Source of the DNA: an uncultured Actinomycetes bacterium
GTDB taxonomy: Bacteria > Actinomycetota > Thermoleophilia > Solirubrobacterales > Solirubrobacteraceae
Assembly: GCA_963774115.1 (NCBI GenBank)
Contig: CAVZDN010000001.1
Coordinates: 572,910-636,909 of the forward strand
Direction of reading: 5' to 3'
DNA: 64,000 nt
The notes under the pieces are model-generated. The model searched no databases. It was given only the letters and a program-made list of their open reading frames with translations, and had not been told where the DNA came from. Below, in pieces: positions 31,816 to 40,906 of this stretch. The translations under genes and the position numbers were made by a program. Position 1 is the first letter of the stretch. Each line of letters opens with the position of its first letter.

Positions 31816-33077
31816 CCGACCGGTTCGCCGGCCACGGCCTCGGCCAACAGCTCGTCCGCCAGCGTCCGCAGATCCGAGTCGAGATGTCCGCAGAGGACGT
31901 CGCGCAGGAGTGCGCGGAGGTGGCCGGCGAGCTCGTCGACGAGCTGGTCGGCGCCGGTGGCGGGCTGGGCGAGCCCGGCGACGATCGTGCGCTCCATCGC
32001 GACGGCGCGGGCCGCGCGGTCGGCGAGCGCGGCACGTTCGTGGGGCAGCGCGCAGATCGCGGCGAGGCGCTGGGCGAGGCGGCCGCTCTCTGCCCCCTCG
32101 GGCTCCAACAGCGCGCGCAGCGCGAGCAGGTGGTCGGTGAGGGCATCGAACGGGACCGAGCGCTCGCAGGCCATCTCGAAGCGCGAGAGCGCCCAGGCGA
32201 CTTCGCCCGAGCGCGGCGTGCGGCGGGTGACCAAGGAGCAGAAGGCGCGCAGCTCGTCCTCCTGTGCGGCGGGGATCGTCGTGCGCGCTCGTGTCCGGCC
32301 GCTCGTGCCGAGTGGGGCGATGTGCCAGGTGCCGCCGTCGACGCGCGCCCAGGCGAGCGGGCCGAGCGCGAAGGTGCCCTCCTCGAACAGCCGCAGTGCG
32401 GTCAACAGCCGGCGGAAGCTGGTGCGCGCCGTCGTCATCGGCGGACCGGCGATGCGCTCACCCTCGACGGTCAGGACGGCCAGCACGCTGCCGTGTTCGA
32501 CCTCGCCGGGCGTCGTCCAGACGGCCTCCGGCGGCACGTCGGGAAGCGCCTCGCCGCGGGCGAGCGAGAGCCCGTCGCCGAGCGGCAGCTCGTCGGACTC
32601 GAGCGCGAGCCCAAGCACCGGCACAACGACGACCGCCACCTGGCGGCCTTCGTAGAGCGTCGTCTCCAGCTCGGCGTAGGCGGTCGCGAAGCGCTCGGGC
32701 TGGTAGCCGAACGCGCTCGACTCCGAGTAGACGGCCGTCAGGAAGGAGCGCAGCACCGCGTCGGCGCGCTCCCGGCGATCCGGCGGGATGCGCGGCTCGC
32801 CACGGCGGCGCAGGTAGGCGTCGATCCCGTCGATCGCGCCGAGCGCCCGCGCTGCCGGCAGGTAGCCAGGCAGGCGGTCGAGCACGCCCATGTGCGAGCG
32901 GATGAAGCTGCCCGTCAGCGGCCGGTAGCAGTAGAGCGAGCTGCGCGGGGTGGGTGGGGTCGCGATATCCACCACCTCGAAGGGGATCTCCGCGCCGCCA
33001 GCGGTCTCGGCGGCGAGCTGCAGTCCGGCTTCCTCGGTGAACGTCTCAAGCAGGCGGTGCAGCGTGCGGTTGCGCAT
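31812..33077 (-). CDS. Hypothetical protein with degenerate ApeA-like HEPN C-terminus
   Basis: DALTDHLLALRALL...RLAQRLAAI...ER...ERTIVAG parallels the 13263-14843 protein but lacks the His. Confidence 0.7.
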   Translation of the reverse strand: MRNRTLHRLLETFTEEAGLQLAAETAGGAEIPFEVVDIATPPTPRSSLYCYRPLTGSFIRSHMGVLDRLPGYLPAARALGAIDGIDAYLRRRGEPRIPPDRRERADAVLRSFLTAVYSESSAFGYQPERFATAYAELETTLYEGRQVAVVVVPVLGLALESDELPLGDGLSLARGEALPDVPPEAVWTTPGEVEHGSVLAVLTVEGERIAGPPMTTARTSFRRLLTALRLFEEGTFALGPLAWARVDGGTWHIAPLGTSGRTRARTTIPAAQEDELRAFCSLVTRRTPRSGEVAWALSRFEMACERSVPFDALTDHLLALRALLEPEGAESGRLAQRLAAICALPHERAALADRAARAVAMERTIVAGLAQPATGADQLVDELAGHLRALLRDVLCGHLDSDLRTLADELLAEAVAGEPVG

Positions 33078-33135
33078 GAAGCGCGTTTCGCCGCCGGCGC
33101 GGGCGCTCCTGCCCTCGCAGCGTCGCTTGCAGGCG

Positions 33136-33516
33136 CTAGACGAGGGCGCCGACGGGCGCCGCGACGTCAGCCGTCTCGGTGGCCGGGGCGCAGCAGTCGT
33201 CGTCGCTGCCGCCGAGCCAGCGGCTGCCGTACGCGCGCATGTCTTCGATCAACGGGACGAGCGCGCGGCCCTTCTCGGTCAGCGCGTACTCGACCCGCGG
33301 CGGGACCTCGGGGAAGGTCTGCCGCTCGGCGATCCCCTCCTCCTCCAGCGCACGCAGGCGCAGCGAGAGCGTTCGCGGGCTGATGCCCTTCAGCGAGCGC
33401 TCCAGCTCACAGAAGCGCGAACGCCCGACGGCGAGGTCGCGGATGATCAGCAGCGTCCACTTGCCGCAGACGATCTCGGCGGTTCGGCAAACGGGGCAGT
33501 TGTCGTTGGAGGACAT
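33136..33516 (-). CDS. HxlR-family winged-helix transcriptional regulator
   Basis: CPV...GKWTLLI, RFCEL, GISPRTLS, PPRVEYALT. Confidence 0.93.
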   Translation of the reverse strand: MSSNDNCPVCRTAEIVCGKWTLLIIRDLAVGRSRFCELERSLKGISPRTLSLRLRALEEEGIAERQTFPEVPPRVEYALTEKGRALVPLIEDMRAYGSRWLGGSDDDCCAPATETADVAAPVGALV

Positions 33517-33561
33517 GCCGTCCCCCATGGTAGCGCAAGACTTTCCAAACTGAAGCGAGGC

Positions 33562-34857
33562 TCATCCGAAGCCGGGCGGCGCGACCGACGGCGCTGTCGC
33601 ATCGGCGTGCACAGCGACCGGCTCGCGCGGGGGAGCGGGCGCCGGCGGCGCGGGCGGCTGCACCTCGAGCCGCTCGGGCAGCTGCACCTCGGACCGCTCG
33701 GACGGCGCGCTTTGGTGCTCCGTCGGCGCGCTCGGGTGCTCGACCCGCTCACCGTCGGCGAGATCGTCCATCGACGTACCGAGACGCCCCTCGGCGGCAA
33801 CCAAGAGCTTGAAGTCGTGCGGGCTCGTCGCGACCTGCATCGCCTCGTCCATCGAGACGCGCCCGGCCTGCACGTGGTGCAGGAGCGCCTGGTCGAATGT
33901 CTGCATCCCGTAAAACTCGCCCTCCTTGATGACCTCGCGCAGGCGGCCGGTCTCCTCCGGGTTGAGGATCATGTCGCGTGCCCGGCCGGTCATCCGCAGG
34001 ACCTCGCAGACGGCGACGCGCCCGCGCCCGTCGACCGTCGGCACGAGCCGTTGGGAGATGATCCCCTTGAGCGTGCCGGCGAGCATCGCACGCGCCTGCT
34101 GCTGCTGGTGGGGCGGGAAGAAGTCGACGATGCGGTTGACCGTCTCGGGCGCATCGACGGTGTGCAGCGTCGAGAGCACGAGGTGGCCGGTCTCGGCGGC
34201 GGACAAGGCCGTGTGGACCGTCTCCTCGTCGCGCATCTCGCCGATCAGGATCACGTCGGGGTCCTGGCGCAGCACGCGTCGCAGCGCGCGCTTGAAGGAC
34301 GCCGTGTCCGATCCGACCTCGCGCTGGTTGAGGATCGACTGCTTGTCCTGGTGCAGGAACTCGATCGGGTCCTCGATCGTGACGATGTGCTTCGAGCGCG
34401 TGCTGTTGATGCAGTCGATGATCGCCGCGAGCGTCGTCGACTTTCCCGAGCCGGTCGTGCCGGTCAGCAGGATGATCCCGCGCTCCTCCTCGGCCAGCTC
34501 GGAGACGACCGCCGGCAGGCCGAGGTCAGCGACCGTCTTGATCTTCGTCGGGATCGCGCGCATCACGAGCGAGATGCGACCGCGCTGGTGGAACGCGTTG
34601 ACGCGAAAGCGCGCGAGCCCCTCGATCGCGTAGGAGAAGTCGACCTCGTGGTCGGACGCGAACTCCTCGCGGTGGGCGTCGTCGGAGATGATCTCCGCGA
34701 CCACGCGCTCGGTGTCCTCCGCGCTCAGCGGCGCGGCGTCGGGCAGCGAGCCGAGCGCGCCATTGACGCGGATCAGCGGGGGAGCGCCCACCTTCAGGTG
34801 CAGGTCGGACCCGCCGGCCTCGACGAGCGCACGCAGAGCAGTGTCGATCTCGAACAT
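33562..34857 (-). CDS. pilT: Type IV pilus retraction ATPase PilT/PilU family
   Basis: SDLHL, GTTGSGKSTT, TIEDPIE, RQDPDVILIGEMRD, TGHLVLSTLH, GMQTFD. Confidence 0.92.
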   Translation of the reverse strand: MFEIDTALRALVEAGGSDLHLKVGAPPLIRVNGALGSLPDAAPLSAEDTERVVAEIISDDAHREEFASDHEVDFSYAIEGLARFRVNAFHQRGRISLVMRAIPTKIKTVADLGLPAVVSELAEEERGIILLTGTTGSGKSTTLAAIIDCINSTRSKHIVTIEDPIEFLHQDKQSILNQREVGSDTASFKRALRRVLRQDPDVILIGEMRDEETVHTALSAAETGHLVLSTLHTVDAPETVNRIVDFFPPHQQQQARAMLAGTLKGIISQRLVPTVDGRGRVAVCEVLRMTGRARDMILNPEETGRLREVIKEGEFYGMQTFDQALLHHVQAGRVSMDEAMQVATSPHDFKLLVAAEGRLGTSMDDLADGERVEHPSAPTEHQSAPSERSEVQLPERLEVQPPAPPAPAPPREPVAVHADATAPSVAPPGFG

Positions 34858-34951
34858 CCCTGACCGCATCGGCGCCGCCGCCGATCGACTTGAGTGCGGT
34901 GCGTGCACGACCGACGCACCGCGAACGTGCGCGCCGGTAGCGTGCCGGGCG

Positions 34952-35692
34952 ATGAAGGCACGTCTCTACGGCTTCTCGATCTCCAACGCCGCCACCACGG
35001 CGCGGCTGATGCTGGAGTTCAAGGGCGTCGAGACAAAGAACGTCGAGCTGCTGCCCGGCCCCCACTCGCTGGCGCTGTGGGCGCTCGGCTTCCGCCGCGG
35101 CACAGTGCCCGCGATGAAGCTCGACGGCAAGCGCGTCGAGGGCTCGCTGGAGATCGCGCAGGCGCTGGAGACAGCCGTGCCCGATCCCTCCCTCTATCCC
35201 GCCGACCCCGAGCGGCGCCGCGCCGTCGAGGAGGCGGAGCGCTGGGGCGAGGCCGAGCTGCAGAACGTCCCGCGCCGGATCGTCCGCTGGATCCTCGCGC
35301 ACGACAACTCCGCCCGTGCGCGCATCGCCGCCGACATGGGCCTGCCCATCCCGACTGTGCTCGCGGCGTTGAACTGGCCGGTCGCCCGCGCTCAGGCCGC
35401 GCGCGCCGACGCCGACGAGGAGCACGCCCGCGCGAATCTCGCCGGCCTGCGCGACACGCTCGACCGCGTCGACGCGCTGATCGCCGACGGCGTCATCGGC
35501 GACCCCGGGGCCCCGAACGCCGCCGACTTCCAGATCGCTCCCTCGGTCCGCTCCCTCAACGCGCTCGTCGACCTCCAGCCGCTGTTCAAGGGCCGGCCGT
35601 GCGACGCGCACGCCCGGCGGTTGATACCGAAGTTCCCGGAGGCGAAGGCGGGGATGCTGAAGCCCGAGCTGCTGGCGGTCGCCGGGGTGTAG
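34952..35692 (+). CDS. Glutathione S-transferase-like protein
   Basis: TVPAM...GSLEIAQAL (cis-Pro region), NAADFQI N-cap motif. Confidence 0.8.
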   Translation: MKARLYGFSISNAATTARLMLEFKGVETKNVELLPGPHSLALWALGFRRGTVPAMKLDGKRVEGSLEIAQALETAVPDPSLYPADPERRRAVEEAERWGEAELQNVPRRIVRWILAHDNSARARIAADMGLPIPTVLAALNWPVARAQAARADADEEHARANLAGLRDTLDRVDALIADGVIGDPGAPNAADFQIAPSVRSLNALVDLQPLFKGRPCDAHARRLIPKFPEAKAGMLKPELLAVAGV

Positions 35693-35945
35693 CGGGGGAT
35701 GCGCTCCGTTCGGGGCGCGGTCTGGTGTACGGCCGTTCGCTGAACGGCCGCTTCGAGGGGAGCGGAGCGCCGGCCGGGCTGGTGGGCTTCATGCGTTCGC
35801 CGAGTCCCAGCGGGATGTGGCGAATCGGTCGGTGGCGGATGGCGGTTCGCCTGGAGCCCGACCGGCGGGACCAGACCCTCCCCCCTCGCGGCCGCCGTTC
35901 GGTCAGCGCCACGCGCGCCGTGCCCCAACCGAGCTGAGCTCACCA

Positions 35946-35976
35946 ACGACGAAGGGCCCCAACCGGGGGCCCTCCG
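35946..35976 (-). terminator. Intrinsic terminator downstream of the sigma factor gene
   Basis: Minus strand GGAGGGCCCCC-GGTT-GGGGCCCTTC followed by GTCGTT. Confidence 0.7.
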
Positions 35977-36004
35977 AGAAACGGATACGGCGGAGCCGCG
36001 TGGG

Positions 36005-37109
<1,105 letters not shown>

Positions 37110-37466
37110 CTAGTTCCGTTTCTCGTGTGCGCCACCGGTGGTTCGGGCCCAGGCGCGTTCATCTCGGCAGAGCAGAAGCGCGCACGAGCGCGCAGAACTG
37201 CCATTCAAACGCCATTGATCCTATCTACTTCACTTTTTGAAGTCAAAGCAAACGCACGGGAACCGACGACCGTCCGCCGATGTCGGCGGACGGACAGCGC
37301 ATCTCGTAGCGTTCACTTCTACTACGCAGAACGGACGCGAACGTTTCAAGTTGCGGCCCGATCTTTCGTCCCATTTTCGGAAGTCCAGCGGAGTCCCTTG
37401 AGGAACCGTGCCGGCGGCTACAACTCGCGCCGGGCAGTCCGGGGTGGCGTTACGTATACTGCCGCC

Positions 37467-37612
37467 CGCCTGGCCGAACGGCGACGCGTCCTGCGCGCCG
37501 CCGACGGGGGACCCGATGCGAGACATCCAACTCGCCGGGGCGAATCGGTCGCAGTCCGGACCGTAGCGGCATCACCCGGTGTCGCGAGCCCGTCAGCTCA
37601 CCTCGTAGGCCC
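37467..37612 (+). ncRNA. c-di-AMP (ydaO/yuaA) riboswitch
   Basis: GCCGAA...GGGGGACC...GGGGCGAATC...CGTAG...CCCGTCAGCTCACCTCGTAGGC; TATACT -10 at 37455; upstream of a cell-wall enzyme. Confidence 0.85.
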
Positions 37613-37623
37613 CGGCAACGACC

Positions 37624-38424
37624 ATGATCGTCAAGCGCCAGCTCATCGTGCTGTTCACGGCCGTCGTGGCGACGGCTCTGCCCTCGGCGGCCGCGGCCGC
37701 CGGGCCCGGTGGAGCGACGCCGGACGCGATTAACGTGCCCGGGTCGCCCGGGACCGTCGTGCGCGTCGGCAACCCCCTGCTGCGAGCCAGCGCCAACGGC
37801 ATCTCGATCTCCGTGCGGGCGACGGCGCTGCTGCGCGGTCGGGTGACCGTGACGGGCCGTGCACCGTCACGTGCGTCGCAACGCGTGCGAATCGAGCGGC
37901 AGGACCCGCGCAACGGGTGGACTGGCATCGCGACGGCCGAGGTCGCCACCGACGGCAGCTTCCGCACCGTCTGGCGCCCAACCCGTGTCGGCGCGACCCC
38001 CCTGCGCGTCGTCGCGGACGACGACGCTGTGGGGACAGGCGGCGGCACGAGCCCGGGCGCCGGCAGCGAAGCCGTCAGCGCCGACGCCGACGCGCCGGCC
38101 CCCCAGCTGGACGTGACCGTCTACCGCTCTGGCGTCGCGTCCTGGTACGGAGGCCCTGGCATGGAGGGCGCGAGCACCGCCTGTGGCGTGACGCTGACGG
38201 CCTCGACGCTGGGCGTCGCGCATCGCACGCTCCCTTGCGGCACGCAGGTCGCGCTGTACCGTCACGGCCGCACGCTCGTCGTGCCGGTGATCGACCGCGG
38301 GCCGTTCGTCCCCGGCCGCAATTGGGACCTCACCTTTGCGACGTTCCGCGCACTCGGCGGCGGCGACGGACTCGTGACGCTCGGTGCACTGCCGCTGTTC
38401 GCGGCTCCGCCGACTGCGGGCTGA
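37624..38424 (+). CDS. Secreted RlpA-like (DPBB) lytic transglycosylase family protein
   Basis: Signal peptide; ASWYG, TACG, AHRTLPCGT, VIDRGPF, DLT. Confidence 0.88.
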   Translation: MIVKRQLIVLFTAVVATALPSAAAAAGPGGATPDAINVPGSPGTVVRVGNPLLRASANGISISVRATALLRGRVTVTGRAPSRASQRVRIERQDPRNGWTGIATAEVATDGSFRTVWRPTRVGATPLRVVADDDAVGTGGGTSPGAGSEAVSADADAPAPQLDVTVYRSGVASWYGGPGMEGASTACGVTLTASTLGVAHRTLPCGTQVALYRHGRTLVVPVIDRGPFVPGRNWDLTFATFRALGGGDGLVTLGALPLFAAPPTAG

Positions 38425-38425
38425 G

Positions 38426-39583
38426 TCAGCGCACGAGACGCGGACCGGGGCGATCCGCGTCGCCGCTGTCCGGAACCGCCTCGCCGATTCTGACCCCGGC
38501 GGCTGAGGCCGCGAGCATCGCCTCCTCGGCGCGATCGATCAGCGTCGCGGCGTCGCGGCCATCCTCCCCGTAGACGGCGAAGCCGATCGTGGCGGCCAGC
38601 GGGGCGCCGCGCCAATGCTCGCCGTGCTCGACGCCGTCGCCGATCCGCTCCGCGAGCGCGGTCGCGCCGGCACGGCCGACGGCGGGCGCGATCACCCATG
38701 CACGGCCCTGATGGTCGGAAGCGACGAGGTCCTGGCGGCGGATCGCGCGGCGGATCGCCTGCGCGAGGCGTCCGTATGGCACGCCCTGCTCCTCGGGCGT
38801 GGCGCTGGCGAGAAGACGGTCGCTGTCGGCGAGCTCGACGCGCAGCAGCGCGAGCCCGCCGCCCTCACGCTGGCAGCGTTCGACCTGGCGCTCGAGCGTC
38901 GCGATCCACAGCTCACTGTCGTCCATCGATGCGGCCGGACCGCTGCGCGGGTCGGCGGCGGGCCGCGCGGGCAGCTCGGTGACGGAGCCGGGCGCGGCGT
39001 GCTCCGTGCTGTCACGCAGGTCATGGACCGCGGGAACCGGATCGGCCGGCGACGCATCGACCGGCGCCGACCGCGCGGCGGACGACGGCGTGCTCTCGGC
39101 CGCCTCAACCGCCACAGCTCCGATCGCCGTCGCCGCGAGGACGGCAGCGACCTCGGAGACGCGCTCGGCGAGGGCGGCGACCGTCGTGGCGTCGGCGTGC
39201 CCGCCGCAGAGGTCGAGCGCACCCGCGAAGACGCAGGCGCGCAGTGCGTCGACGGCGCCGACGAGCGCGGCCGCGTCGCGCGACGCCGTCAGCGGACCGA
39301 CCCGGCGCACGAGCGGTGCAAGGTCGCCGGCAGCGGCGACGCGGGCCAGCTCGACGTCCGATCCGAGCGCCCGCGCAGCGGCGGCGCAGATCGCGGGCCC
39401 CTCGGCGGCCAGCTCGGCGGCCGGGATCGACCCGACGGCGTCGAGCGGGGCGCGCTCGAGCAGCAGCAGCAGCCAGCCCTTCGCAACGGATTGGGCGTGG
39501 CCGGCGAGCGATTCCGCCAGCGCCCAGTCGACCGGTAGAGGCCGGTGCGGGCGAGGCGGCGCAGGAGGCGTGGGGTCAGGCAT
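38426..39583 (-). CDS. Degenerate GGDEF-domain protein
   Basis: LALLRVEL...AIRRQDLV...ATIGFAVY...LIDRAEEAM fold pattern; GGDEF replaced by HQGRA. Confidence 0.7.
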   Translation of the reverse strand: MPDPTPPAPPRPHRPLPVDWALAESLAGHAQSVAKGWLLLLLERAPLDAVGSIPAAELAAEGPAICAAAARALGSDVELARVAAAGDLAPLVRRVGPLTASRDAAALVGAVDALRACVFAGALDLCGGHADATTVAALAERVSEVAAVLAATAIGAVAVEAAESTPSSAARSAPVDASPADPVPAVHDLRDSTEHAAPGSVTELPARPAADPRSGPAASMDDSELWIATLERQVERCQREGGGLALLRVELADSDRLLASATPEEQGVPYGRLAQAIRRAIRRQDLVASDHQGRAWVIAPAVGRAGATALAERIGDGVEHGEHWRGAPLAATIGFAVYGEDGRDAATLIDRAEEAMLAASAAGVRIGEAVPDSGDADRPGPRLVR

Positions 39584-39643
39584 CGCGGCTGTCTATACCA
39601 GCGCGACCCGACACGTGCACCTGCTGATGGACAGAATGGACAC

Positions 39644-40846
39644 GTGCCCGCAGGCTCGACCTCGATCAGCGCTGCACGCGAGCAGGTCCTGGCCGCCTGC
39701 GCGCCGTTGCCGTCTGAGCCCGTCCCCGTGGGCGATGCGCTCGGTCGCGTGCTCGCTGCGGACGTCGCGGCGACCGCTGACGTGCCGCGTTTCGTCAATT
39801 CGGCCATGGACGGCTATGCCGTAATGGCCGGACCGTCCAGCCGCACGCTGCGGATCGCCGGCGAGGCACGCGCGGGGGCGCCCGCGGAGATGGCGCTCAG
39901 CGCCAACGAGGCGATCCGCATCTCGACCGGTGCAGCCCTGCCCGACGGCGCCGACGCCGTCGTCCGCGTCGAGGACACCACGGAGGCCGACGGCGCGGTG
40001 ACGCTCACCGCCGCCGTCGCGCCCGGCGAGAACGTGCGACGGGCGGGCGAGGACATGCGTGCCGGAACGGTCGTGCTGCGCGCGGGGGCGCGGCTCGGCC
40101 CCGCCGAGCTCGGCGTCGCCGTCGGTGCCGGCACGGGCGAGCTGGATTGCGCGCGGCGCCCGCGCGTCGCGGTGCTGTGCACGGGAGACGAGCTGCGCCC
40201 GCCGGGCACGCCGCTCGGCCCTGGCGAGATCCACAACTCCAACGCCGTGATGCTCGGCGCGCTCGCGATCGGCGCCGGCGCAGATGTCGTCGAGACGCGC
40301 ACCGTAGGCGACGACCGTGCGGGCACCGAGGCGGCGTTCGCGGCAGCGCTGGAGCAGGCGGACGTCGTGATCGCCTCCGGTGGCGTCTCGGTCGGCCCCC
40401 ACGACCACGTCAAGGCCGCGCTCGCGGCGCTGGGCGTGGAGGAGCGCTTCTGGCGCGTCGACCTGCAACCGGGCCGGCCGACGTGGTTCGGCGCACGCGG
40501 CGGGCGGCTCGTTTTCGGGCTGCCCGGCAACCCGGTCTCCAGCTTCGTCACGTTCACGCTGTTCGCGCGGCCGGCCCTGCTCGCGCTGCAAGGCGCGGTG
40601 CCGCTGCCGGTGCGTGCCGAGGCCGCGCTGACCGTGGACGTCCCGCGTCGCGGGCGCGAGCAGGTCCTGCGCGTGCGGCTCGAGCAGCGCGACGGTCTGC
40701 TGCACGCGACGCCCAACGGCCCTCAGGGCTCTCATGTCTCGTCCTCGCTCGCGGGCGCGGATGCGCTCGCATTCGTGCCCGCCGGCGACGGTGCCGCGGC
40801 GGCCGGCGAACGCGTCGCGGTCGAGATGCCATCTTCGCTTTACTGA
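39644..40846 (+). CDS. moeA: Molybdopterin molybdotransferase
   Basis: NSAMDGYA, ISTGA, TGDEL, SGGVSVG, FGLPGNPVS. Confidence 0.95.
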   Translation: MPAGSTSISAAREQVLAACAPLPSEPVPVGDALGRVLAADVAATADVPRFVNSAMDGYAVMAGPSSRTLRIAGEARAGAPAEMALSANEAIRISTGAALPDGADAVVRVEDTTEADGAVTLTAAVAPGENVRRAGEDMRAGTVVLRAGARLGPAELGVAVGAGTGELDCARRPRVAVLCTGDELRPPGTPLGPGEIHNSNAVMLGALAIGAGADVVETRTVGDDRAGTEAAFAAALEQADVVIASGGVSVGPHDHVKAALAALGVEERFWRVDLQPGRPTWFGARGGRLVFGLPGNPVSSFVTFTLFARPALLALQGAVPLPVRAEAALTVDVPRRGREQVLRVRLEQRDGLLHATPNGPQGSHVSSSLAGADALAFVPAGDGAAAAGERVAVEMPSSLY

Positions 40847-40906
40847 AATTCAGCGAAACAATTGACTATGCGGTGAAATACTTCTGTACGGGCTACGATC
40901 GCGCCT

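Noticed and set aside
33562-34857. Type IV pilus or secretion gene cluster
   Set aside because: pilT is alone; no pilin, PilB or PilC genes in the window.
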